NCBI GenBank assembly: GCA_038851325.1
Contig: JAWCKZ010000002.1
Location: forward strand, 26,902 to 90,901
Origin: Candidatus Bilamarchaeaceae archaeon
GTDB taxonomy: Archaea > Micrarchaeota > Micrarchaeia > Anstonellales > Bilamarchaeaceae
DNA length: 64,000 nt
Reading direction: 5' to 3'
Of this stretch, positions 49,081 to 57,858 are shown in pieces; within the stretch, counting starts at the first letter, position 1; every line of letters starts with the position of its first letter. A program made the position numbers and the translations under genes. A model generated the notes under the pieces. It had not been told where the DNA came from, made no database searches, and worked only from the letters and a program-made list of their open reading frames with translations.

Positions 49081-51171
49081 ATGCGATCCCATGCAATACT
49101 TTTTCTGGCTTTGATGGCAGGCCTGTTGTCAGCGTTTGTGCCATCGGATTATTTCTACGCCAACGAGGGAAATGTTACGGTTACATATACTAACTTCACA
49201 CTCAATGGAACTCATTATTCCATAGTTTATTTTAATGACCAGGAAACATTTCTTATTAGAGAAGGAGAAATCGTGAATGATAGTGAGATAATAAAAAACG
49301 TAGTACGGTCATATTATAGAAGTGCGTTCTTACCTTCGGAATCTGAACTTGATGAAATACGCTCTTTGGTAACGGCATACAACGCAAGCAGAAATGACGG
49401 CTACGGCTACTACAAAAATAAAGAAGAGTACGAATGCAGAGGCGCACTACTAACTGATAAAAGAATAGAGATTTATATTAATGGAACAAGACAAAAATTG
49501 TGGTGTCATGACGATGCAAGTTGTGAAATAAACGCCATGTTATTGTACCAGGCTTATGGCGAAGGGCTTGGGTGGTCAAGTTACAGAGTGATACTTCAGC
49601 CGTTGAAGGATTTCGCATATTCAAGTTACGGCACTGACGAAATTTTAGAAAACTTTACACGGATGCTAAACACCGACGATGCAACCGAGCTCTATAACGC
49701 TCTTAATTATATGAAGAATTCGATACCAACTTTGGAGTCTTACGCCACTAAGATAGAATCTACCATCTTTAGGTTGCCTCGTCCGGATGATGCCGCGGAC
49801 AAAGAAAGTTGCCATTTGATATGCTACTCAATATGTCCGCCTTTTGATCTTAATACAACTATCCTTGACAGGCTTGAGACAAGGATAGATAGCATAAAGG
49901 CTAAGATACAGCCACTTGCTGAATACAATACCGTTGCAGAACACATAATCACGAGGACAAATGAGCGGGCGGCGTATAGATATACTTCAATGACAAGATC
50001 GCATTATAACAACATCTTTTCTCCTCTCGAGACAGAAGGAAGAGAAGTGGAAGAGTATGCTGCAAATGCCTATGGCCTTGTTGGGAATACCTCTTTGATG
50101 ATAAAGACAGAACAGCTAAAAGCCCTTCGTGAATCCATAAGAGGAAAAATAACCAACGCCTCATTTACCGGTTTGGATGACGAGATAAGAATCTATAGAG
50201 CGATGCTTTCTTCTGTAAGGGAAGGCGCTGACTCCACATATTCGCTCTACAACGAGACTATGGATGCTAAGCGGAGAGTGGATGCTGTTCTATTTGAGCT
50301 TGGTACGAAAGATCTCTCTGATCCCGACCGAAGAGAGTACAACGAAATTAGGGAGCATGTTAATGAATTAAATCTTCAGTTTACTAAAGGCATAACGCCT
50401 GAAAAGTGTATAGAGTTAAAAAATGGTTACGATGCAGCAGAGAAGGATGCGCAGGGCCTTTTGAATAGGGTCACGATGAGTGCTGGGACAACTGCTGTTG
50501 ATGCCTTTCGAATGTTTTCCATAAGGATGAACAACGGAATCGCAGACATCCTTAGGGCGACAAAAATGGCCGAGGTGAAATCAGTACCGCACAACAAGCT
50601 TACTTTCTTCGGTGGTTTTAGCATTCTCGTGTTTATTTCATTTATGTCCATAGCATTTCTTTTGTTCCTGTATTCTGTTGGAGTGAACAGAGACTCGCAC
50701 CTTAAGTATATTCTAAGCGCTGGCCTTATGTTGGTCGCTATCCTTGCTGCTGTTTTTTCCGGTTTACTCTATTATTACATGGACAAGACAGCTACCGAAG
50801 CTACTATGGATGAGTTTCTTTTTGACCTAAACAAGAAAAGCACGGTTGCACTGGTAGCCAAGATAGACCTAGCAACTCCAGGGGAAGCCGAAAGCATAAA
50901 GCGGTGCATGGGTATAGTGGCAAATACAATCAGAGAAAAAAACAAGACGGTTGATGTTTATTATTTAGAATCAGGAAATGTTTGTAAAAAGAATAACGCA
51001 ACCTACGAAAACTGCGCAGCTGATATAGAAAGCCACAATACCGCAATAATTTTCAGTCCCTCGACCACAGTGGAACCACCAACACTGTCTACGATATTCG
51101 TAAGCAAAGCGGAGATAAGAGGGCCAGCAGATTATTACGAAACATGCCCGCTTTCAGTTGTCTTTAAATAG
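49081..51171 (+). CDS. Secreted/membrane glycoprotein-like hypothetical protein
   Basis: Signal peptide, many N-x-S/T sequons, two late TM helices. Confidence 0.7.
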   Translation: MRSHAILFLALMAGLLSAFVPSDYFYANEGNVTVTYTNFTLNGTHYSIVYFNDQETFLIREGEIVNDSEIIKNVVRSYYRSAFLPSESELDEIRSLVTAYNASRNDGYGYYKNKEEYECRGALLTDKRIEIYINGTRQKLWCHDDASCEINAMLLYQAYGEGLGWSSYRVILQPLKDFAYSSYGTDEILENFTRMLNTDDATELYNALNYMKNSIPTLESYATKIESTIFRLPRPDDAADKESCHLICYSICPPFDLNTTILDRLETRIDSIKAKIQPLAEYNTVAEHIITRTNERAAYRYTSMTRSHYNNIFSPLETEGREVEEYAANAYGLVGNTSLMIKTEQLKALRESIRGKITNASFTGLDDEIRIYRAMLSSVREGADSTYSLYNETMDAKRRVDAVLFELGTKDLSDPDRREYNEIREHVNELNLQFTKGITPEKCIELKNGYDAAEKDAQGLLNRVTMSAGTTAVDAFRMFSIRMNNGIADILRATKMAEVKSVPHNKLTFFGGFSILVFISFMSIAFLLFLYSVGVNRDSHLKYILSAGLMLVAILAAVFSGLLYYYMDKTATEATMDEFLFDLNKKSTVALVAKIDLATPGEAESIKRCMGIVANTIREKNKTVDVYYLESGNVCKKNNATYENCAADIESHNTAIIFSPSTTVEPPTLSTIFVSKAEIRGPADYYETCPLSVVFK

Positions 51172-51251
51172 TTTTCCTGAGTTTTAGATAAAGGTTCTTT
51201 TCAAGGGTTGAGCCACTGTAATGATCGAAGAACGCACAGGGTGAAACGCTA

Positions 51252-51743
51252 ATGAAAGGAGAAAATACATGGTTGGCCTTTTTAGTGATAGGGATAATCA
51301 TCCTAGGGGTGGCGATAGTTTATCTCTATCAAGCAACGCCAAAGGAATTTAGAAAAGGGGTTAAGGTAAACGCTGAGACCTTTTCCGCAATTATCTCAGA
51401 TGCAGATCAAGTTTACATTGTTATGGATGTTAGAGAGGTCTCAAACGAACTTACAAAAAGAAACATTCTTCAGTGCGGAGTTGATTTTGCTGGAAGCGCA
51501 GGGCTTATTGGGAGAAATGTTACTTATGTGTCCTTGGACAATCACGGTTGTACCGTTGCCTCGCTCGAAGGGCTCAATCAGAGCAGGAGTACAGGAGATT
51601 GCATCGAAATGTTAAATTCAGATGGAGTATCGTTATACATTCATGAAGGAACAGAAACCGAGTACTACACGCGTGCTGCTATTATTGGGGTCAGCGATAC
51701 CTACGTTCTTGGAACATGCAGTGTAAACAGAAAGGTGCGATAG
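51252..51743 (+). CDS. Membrane-anchored hypothetical protein
   Basis: N-terminal TM; Cys pattern loosely resembles the C-terminal domain of the upstream gene. Confidence 0.6.
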   Translation: MKGENTWLAFLVIGIIILGVAIVYLYQATPKEFRKGVKVNAETFSAIISDADQVYIVMDVREVSNELTKRNILQCGVDFAGSAGLIGRNVTYVSLDNHGCTVASLEGLNQSRSTGDCIEMLNSDGVSLYIHEGTETEYYTRAAIIGVSDTYVLGTCSVNRKVR

Positions 51744-51791
51744 GTTTGAGCAATTAAAGAAAACGCAATAATAGGCGCTCAATGTGGTTGA

Positions 51792-52352
51792 ATGTTTGTC
51801 GTCCTTGAAGGAATAGACGGGTGCGGAAAGGATACGCAGATACAGTTGCTTAGGAATAATTTGCAGTTTGAGTATTTTAAATACCCTACATCAAAATTTA
51901 CTATCCTTAACGATTACTTAAACGGAAAGGTGTCTCTCGATAAAAAAGGTCTATTTCTACTTTTTCTGGCTGATATTGCAGATGAACAGGAAAAGATTGC
52001 AAATGCAAACTTTGCTATAGCAGACAGATATGTATACTCCACGATAGCTTATGAACTTGGCGCATTGAGTTTTGAAAAGTCAAAGGAGATAGTTGAAGCG
52101 ATAGGCTTTATCAAGCCGGACCTTGTGCTTCTTCTTGACATCTCGCCAGAGACCGCACAAAAAAGAAAGGCAAAACAAAAAAAACCTGATATCTACGAAA
52201 GCAACACGAAGTATCTCAAAGAGGTTCGAGAGCGCTTCCTACGACTTGCAAAGGATTCCTTCCATGCAAGAAGGTGGATTGTGATAAATGCAGACGCACC
52301 GATTGATCAGGTTAATAAAGAGATAACAAAAGAAATTTCAAAATTATTATAA
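51792..52352 (+). CDS. tmk: Thymidylate kinase
   Basis: EGIDGCGKDTQ, DRYVYSTIAY, PDLVLLLD. Confidence 0.93.
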   Translation: MFVVLEGIDGCGKDTQIQLLRNNLQFEYFKYPTSKFTILNDYLNGKVSLDKKGLFLLFLADIADEQEKIANANFAIADRYVYSTIAYELGALSFEKSKEIVEAIGFIKPDLVLLLDISPETAQKRKAKQKKPDIYESNTKYLKEVRERFLRLAKDSFHARRWIVINADAPIDQVNKEITKEISKLL

Positions 52353-52386
52353 ACGCTTATAAATTTCCTTATGCTTAGGTTTATCC

Positions 52387-52911
52387 ATGGAAGAGAGTAA
52401 AAAGTTGAAGCTTTATTTGTTAATCCTCAACAGATACAAAGAACTCATAAATGAGAAGGAGACAAGAACGATAGGTGAGATAAAGGAGAGGATAAAACCT
52501 CATCATCCGTTCATAGAAAACATGAAGAGTAGCCTTATCCCTAAGGACTACAAGTGTGATTTCGCAGTTGTGTTGAGTAAACTTCTTTCTTTTATGAGCA
52601 GAATAGAAACAGTGGAACTGGCGATAAATTTTTGGTTTGAGTTTGAGGAGATTGTAGAGATCGAAGCCGCTGACGCTGCTAATAAAGCCATTCTCTTCGT
52701 TTCTTTATTGAGGAGTCTAGGCTCCGACAGCGCCAAGGTAATTATAACAAAAAGCGGCGAGTATTATGCGAGTTTTGTCCACTCCGGGAAGACACACCTG
52801 TTCTCTCCTAAGACGAACTCTCTCTTAGTTGATGAGGATGCCTTGAGAGTCCTCTCTTCAGACCCGCCAAGACATGTATTTAACGATGTAGAATACGAGA
52901 ATCTGGAATAA
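52387..52911 (+). CDS. Hypothetical protein, possibly degenerate transglutaminase-like fold
   Basis: FW..EE....AD...KAILFVSLLRSLG pattern with no catalytic Cys. Confidence 0.5.
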   Translation: MEESKKLKLYLLILNRYKELINEKETRTIGEIKERIKPHHPFIENMKSSLIPKDYKCDFAVVLSKLLSFMSRIETVELAINFWFEFEEIVEIEAADAANKAILFVSLLRSLGSDSAKVIITKSGEYYASFVHSGKTHLFSPKTNSLLVDEDALRVLSSDPPRHVFNDVEYENLE

Positions 52912-52923
52912 CCTAAAACTTCT

Positions 52924-53226
52924 CTACAATCTTTTTTCAAATCCACATTTACGGCATTTTATTCTTAAACAATTATGCATCCTGTCGAACTTAACCGTAG
53001 CAGTTTCGCCAGGTATCCATGGTGTTAAGCATTTTCTACAGAACGCGTTTCTGTACTCCTTTGGCAAGCGCGTCTTATTTTTTTTCAACAGTTCCCAAGC
53101 CATTCTTATATAACGCGCCGCTCTTTCGATCTTCCCCGTTAGATACGCATCATGCGACTCGTCTATTAGATTTATAACTGATTGCGAAGCTACTCTTTTT
53201 ATAAGCCTTTTCCGTTTAAACTTCAT
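52924..53226 (-). CDS. rnp4: RNase P protein component 4 (Rpp21)
   Basis: RAARYI, FCRKC...IPG, C..CG..KR. Confidence 0.88.
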   Translation of the reverse strand: MKFKRKRLIKRVASQSVINLIDESHDAYLTGKIERAARYIRMAWELLKKNKTRLPKEYRNAFCRKCLTPWIPGETATVKFDRMHNCLRIKCRKCGFEKRL

Positions 53227-53238
53227 GTAGTTGGTTCA

Positions 53239-54078
53239 ATGAAAAAATTTATATACGATTACTTTATCGATCCCATATGGTCAAGGACAGGATACAATCT
53301 CGTTAATACTTCTGTTTATGTGGTAATGGCACTCGCTGCGGTCTACGCCATCTTTAAACTTTTCAAAAAAATTGATATAACCATTGACAGGCGCTTCATG
53401 TTCGCCCTCCTGCCCTTTATCCTTTTTGGCTCGACCGTTAGGGTGATAACAGATTCTATAGACAGTGATGTTTTCAAACCGATAACTCCAGTGCATGCTT
53501 TCGTGCTTCAGAGTCACATCTACGATTATGGCTATCTTACAGTAACTCCGGGTATATACATCGTGACTGCCCTGATCTTTCTCTTATCTGTGTTGTTGCT
53601 CCGTTTTTTGGGCAGGATGGAGGATCTTTGGAAAGTTGGTGCAGCGCTGTGGCTGCCTCACCTTCTGCTTCTGCTGCCATTTATGGGTTATTGGTACCTT
53701 GCCTTCGTACCAATAGTCCTCGCAATCGTTCCGTGGGCTGTTGCAAAGAAAATTCTGAAAGATGATATTCTAGCCGGTATTGTGTTCGCGCATGCGCTTG
53801 ATGGCTCCGCAACATTTTTTGCGTTGAGCGGCATATTCGAAAAACTTACGGGTATACGCTATTTTGAGCAGCATGTTGTCTCGAGTGCGCTAATAAACAT
53901 CACGGGTGACCCGATTGCATTTTATTTCTTGAAAATTCTGCTCTCATTTGCTGCAGCGTATGCTCTAGCGCATGAAAAAATGCCAGAGGATGAGAAGGTT
54001 TATATTTCCGTTGTTTTAATAACGGTGGGGCTTGCACCAGGGATAAGAGACACTGCGCGGATAATGGTGGGTGCGTAA
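53239..54078 (+). CDS. DUF63 family membrane protein
   Basis: GYNLVNT, RVITD, HALDGSAT, Y.EQHV, GLAPGIRD. Confidence 0.85.
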   Translation: MKKFIYDYFIDPIWSRTGYNLVNTSVYVVMALAAVYAIFKLFKKIDITIDRRFMFALLPFILFGSTVRVITDSIDSDVFKPITPVHAFVLQSHIYDYGYLTVTPGIYIVTALIFLLSVLLLRFLGRMEDLWKVGAALWLPHLLLLLPFMGYWYLAFVPIVLAIVPWAVAKKILKDDILAGIVFAHALDGSATFFALSGIFEKLTGIRYFEQHVVSSALINITGDPIAFYFLKILLSFAAAYALAHEKMPEDEKVYISVVLITVGLAPGIRDTARIMVGA

Positions 54079-54558
54079 ATGGATGAACATTCTCTTGAGA
54101 TTGGGTTAGGGTTTGGGGTTACGTCTGCAGTGATAACAACGGTTGGACTTATTGTGGGATTAGATTCAAGTACACATTCGCAGGCAACTGTACTCGGCGG
54201 TATCATTGTAATCGCAATAGCAGATGCGCTCTCAGATGCTCTTGGTATTCACACATCAGAGGAATTCGAAGGTGTCCATACCACTAGGGAAATATGGGAG
54301 TCAACAGTTATGACATTCATAGCTAAATTCATATTTGCCCTAACCTTTGCGATACCAATCATACTTCTTCCACTTTCTCAAGCGGTAGTGGTTGATGTGG
54401 TATGGGGACTGCTTTTACTTGTACTTCTGGGCCACCTCATAGCAAAAAAGGAAAAGGAAAGTCGTATAAAAGTTATCGGCGAACATCTTGTAGTTGCAAT
54501 AGTTGTTATTGCGGCAGCGCGTTACCTAGGCAGTTGGGTGTCAGTAACTTTTGGGTGA
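54079..54558 (+). CDS. VIT1/CCC1-like membrane protein
   Basis: FGVTSAVITTVGLIVG, IADALSDALGIH.SEE. Confidence 0.75.
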   Translation: MDEHSLEIGLGFGVTSAVITTVGLIVGLDSSTHSQATVLGGIIVIAIADALSDALGIHTSEEFEGVHTTREIWESTVMTFIAKFIFALTFAIPIILLPLSQAVVVDVVWGLLLLVLLGHLIAKKEKESRIKVIGEHLVVAIVVIAAARYLGSWVSVTFG

Positions 54559-54600
54559 CGATACAGAAAAGTTTTTTAAATTTCTTTTACTTATACACTT

Positions 54601-55488
54601 ATGCTAGATGCACCTCCCAAAAGCGAGAGACAACTTATTTTGGAGGCAGCAGTGGAGGTCATCAAAAAACAAGGACTTAGATCGGAATTGATAGGGAGCA
54701 AGAAATTTTCAGAATACTTTTTTAAGGGTGTTATGCTATTCAATGTTCTTGGTGACGGATGCACAAGAAACTGCAGGTTCTGCGTTATAAAGTACAAAAA
54801 AAAGCCTGATAAGCCTTCGCTTGATGAAGGAAAAAGAATAGCCGCTGTTTCTCAAAAACTTGGATTAAGGTATATTGTTCTTTCGCCCGTAGCAAGGGAC
54901 GACCTTGCAGATGGCGGTGCATCCTACCTTGCATCCTACATAAGAGATATAAAAAAGATAAATCCGAATGTGAAGGTTGAGACGTTTATTCCAGATTACG
55001 GTAAAAAACACCTTATAAAAATGGTGGTCGACGCTGGGCCAGACGTAATATCATACAGTCTAGACACGATCAAGCGGCTATATTCTGTCGTGAAGGGAAG
55101 CGAGTTTGATTTTGAGAGGAGCATAAGGACAGTCCGCACGATTAGAGAGTTGAGCAAGGACATACCCATCAGGGCAACCATAATGGTTGGGTTTAGAGAA
55201 AGTTGGTTTGAGGTAATAGGCGCATTAAGACGATTGCGTAAGGCGGGCGTGGATATGATAACGATAAGCCAATACTATAGGCCAACAAAGAACCATATTC
55301 AGGTTCTTGAGTATGTACCGGTGGAAAGGTTCGAGTTGTATGAAAGAGAGGCATATCAACTTGGTTATAAACATGTTAAGATTCAATCTGGCAAGCCTAT
55401 TGAGTATAGCGATTATATCCTACCAGAATTTATTTCTTCTGTACAACGAAAGCCTCTAGGACCTTTTCGTAAGGAGCATCAGTTTTAA
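54601..55488 (+). CDS. Lipoyl-synthase-like radical SAM protein lacking auxiliary cluster ligands
   Basis: GDGCTRNCRFC, RDDLADGGA, IMVGFRE, TISQYYRP; no CX4CX5C and no RSS motif. Confidence 0.8.
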   Translation: MLDAPPKSERQLILEAAVEVIKKQGLRSELIGSKKFSEYFFKGVMLFNVLGDGCTRNCRFCVIKYKKKPDKPSLDEGKRIAAVSQKLGLRYIVLSPVARDDLADGGASYLASYIRDIKKINPNVKVETFIPDYGKKHLIKMVVDAGPDVISYSLDTIKRLYSVVKGSEFDFERSIRTVRTIRELSKDIPIRATIMVGFRESWFEVIGALRRLRKAGVDMITISQYYRPTKNHIQVLEYVPVERFELYEREAYQLGYKHVKIQSGKPIEYSDYILPEFISSVQRKPLGPFRKEHQF

Positions 55489-56518
55489 CAGCAGTTGGAG
55501 AAAAATGGGTTCTTGCGGCTTTGTAGCCAATCGAATTTAAGAAATCAAGAACATCGTTCATCTTCGGCACGCTTCCTCGCGAAATAAACTTTGAGATTCT
55601 ATGAAGATCATAAAAATATGGTGGCATCCCAATCTCTTGTTCCATAAGCTCTAATTTATTATGTATCTCTTCTCTGTGACCGTACCCTCTCTTTTCATTT
55701 AATTTTTTCATTTCTCTGAGAATATTTATATCGTGGAGCTCTCCGAGCCAAAGCGGTCCTGCGTACTCAATATTTTTATTGCAGACCTTGCACCACTCCG
55801 TTGGAAAGCGCACTGCTCTCCTGAAGCCACAATGTGGGCAGTACTCGACATAACCAAGACGTGCAAGCGCGTTGTTTGCTTTCTCTGCCCCCCTTGTTAC
55901 CTTTACTACAGTTTTTAAATAATGTCTATCAGAGATCGAAAGAAGAGGTATCGTTCCCATGTTAAATTCGGCACCTACTTCGGCTATCTTTTTTATCAAA
56001 ATCCTGAGACCGTTTTCGTGCGTGCATTCATTGTTCAGCGGCTTTGCATGATAGTTTTTCATACACGGCTTTGTTTTTCCGCCGCACAGAACAGCAGTGT
56101 CTGTTGCTGTGACTGAAAGATATCCCTGCTTAAGGGGATTAAAGATTCTGAAAACATCATAGAGATACGGAGATGGTGTCCCAAACGGGTCAACCTCGAC
56201 AAAATCAGCGGTTATGTCGAAAACAAGTCTTGAGATGTTCCCATGGAGTACAGAGAATTTTATTTTGTTTTTCCTTGCATTTTTTCTTGCACATGCCACG
56301 GCCGCTTTATTCACATCAACAAATATAGTGCGCCTTACATTATCATTTTCGATGGCATATCGTATGCCCCGTATGCCAGTTGCTGCAAATCCGTCGCACA
56401 CAATGATTTTTTCCGCCAATGCACCGATCAAAAGCGAAACAATGCTGCGACAGAACGTCATTTCTTTATTGTAAAAAACCCCCTTCGGTGCGTTAAACAC
56501 CACTCCCTCCTCCATCAT
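55430..56518 (-). CDS. trm1: tRNA (guanine26-N2)-dimethyltransferase
   Basis: VFYN..M, ATGIRGIRY, DPFGTP, TATD, GPLWLG.L, RTHF....KTDA. Confidence 0.93.
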   Translation of the reverse strand: MMEEGVVFNAPKGVFYNKEMTFCRSIVSLLIGALAEKIIVCDGFAATGIRGIRYAIENDNVRRTIFVDVNKAAVACARKNARKNKIKFSVLHGNISRLVFDITADFVEVDPFGTPSPYLYDVFRIFNPLKQGYLSVTATDTAVLCGGKTKPCMKNYHAKPLNNECTHENGLRILIKKIAEVGAEFNMGTIPLLSISDRHYLKTVVKVTRGAEKANNALARLGYVEYCPHCGFRRAVRFPTEWCKVCNKNIEYAGPLWLGELHDINILREMKKLNEKRGYGHREEIHNKLELMEQEIGMPPYFYDLHRISKFISRGSVPKMNDVLDFLNSIGYKAARTHFSPTAVKTDAPYEKVLEAFVVQKK

Positions 56519-57740
56519 TTTTATCCCTATCCAAAAATTCTCTAAGAGCCGCGGTTGCATAGGCCCCTGATTGGAGCGAGAATGTGAATGTGTTGTTATA
56601 AAATGAGAAGTCTTTTAATGGTGAGAGCAGCGTACGGTGTGTTCCTTTTGAGGATATCTCTGGTATGGCCTTTATTTTGAAATCACGCGGTTTTATATCA
56701 AACATCTCAAGAATTCTTTTTTCACGCTCGTTCACCTTTGTTTCATACCCTATCATCTTTCCTGCAATCCATCTTGAATGACTTTCCTGCTTCTTTATGT
56801 CAGGAAAGCCACCCGTCTCTCCGCAATAGTATTCTCCTTCTTCGAGTTTGTTGAGCGCTCCTTCAGCAATTCTTTCTGATAGGGCAAGGTTGAAGATGTG
56901 CGACTGGAATGCGTGAACGAACAAAAGAAGGATGCGTCTCGGTAGTTTTCTAAGAGCACCAGCATAGTCCCTTGGATAGACAGCAAGATGTGTAAGAAGC
57001 GCTCTCTCAAGGTGCAAATACTTTGGAAACTCCTTAAGTGCTTTCTTAAAGTCCCCTGTTTCTCGTAGATTTTTTCTTGCTAATATTGCTAGTTCGTTTG
57101 TTTCCCCTTTGCATTCACAGAGAAATTCAAGTGCCGCCAAATCGTGCCTCCCCTTTGCAAGGTACTCTCCGAGTTTGTGAGTATTTCGCCTGCTTGAACC
57201 AAACCTTTGAGGCCCAAAATAGTTAGGGAAGACGCCATTCAATTCTTTATAAATCACTTCCACAGCGTTTTTTTCGTTAGGATTCTGTCCATGTACAACT
57301 ATCTTGAAACGGTTTCCCAGAAGACTGCCCAATCTCGTTTTATCAGATGAGCTCCACGCGCCGAGTATCTTTATATCCTTGAGATTAAGCGAGAGCAATT
57401 TCTCCTTGCTAATTCCGAAAACAGAAACAAGTTGAGTAGAAATAGCATTCTTATCCTTCGTACCTGCATAACTGAATCGCTTTGCACTGATGCGAAGTTC
57501 ATCCGCTATTCTCCTTATTGCCCCCTCGCTTGTCCATTCCCTCTTTTGAAGTATGAAATGCGTGAAATTTCCTTCTGTCCCAGCGCGTGTGAAGGTCTTG
57601 TCCTTCTCCAGTATTGTTCCGTCTTCAAGTATTTCCTCAACTATGAAATCATCCGGTGTTTTCTTTATTCTTCCACCAATTCCAGGGGTCTTTGAAAGGT
57701 AAGAAAGAAAATGGTCTTTCTCTGGCAAATCCTCACTCAT
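56493..57740 (-). CDS. truD: tRNA pseudouridine(13) synthase
   Basis: DFIVEE, AGTKDKNAISTQ, GNRF, NYFGPQRFG, GAYAT..LRE. Confidence 0.95.
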   Translation of the reverse strand: MSEDLPEKDHFLSYLSKTPGIGGRIKKTPDDFIVEEILEDGTILEKDKTFTRAGTEGNFTHFILQKREWTSEGAIRRIADELRISAKRFSYAGTKDKNAISTQLVSVFGISKEKLLSLNLKDIKILGAWSSSDKTRLGSLLGNRFKIVVHGQNPNEKNAVEVIYKELNGVFPNYFGPQRFGSSRRNTHKLGEYLAKGRHDLAALEFLCECKGETNELAILARKNLRETGDFKKALKEFPKYLHLERALLTHLAVYPRDYAGALRKLPRRILLLFVHAFQSHIFNLALSERIAEGALNKLEEGEYYCGETGGFPDIKKQESHSRWIAGKMIGYETKVNEREKRILEMFDIKPRDFKIKAIPEISSKGTHRTLLSPLKDFSFYNNTFTFSLQSGAYATAALREFLDRDKNDGGGSGV

Positions 57741-57858
57741 GACTGTTCACCGTACTGTAGTCTTATAGTACGGGCGTTATAATATTTAAATTACTATGAA
57801 AAATATGAAAACGCAATTAAAGATGGTCTCTCACAGTTCTGGACTTGCTATGGAGTTG

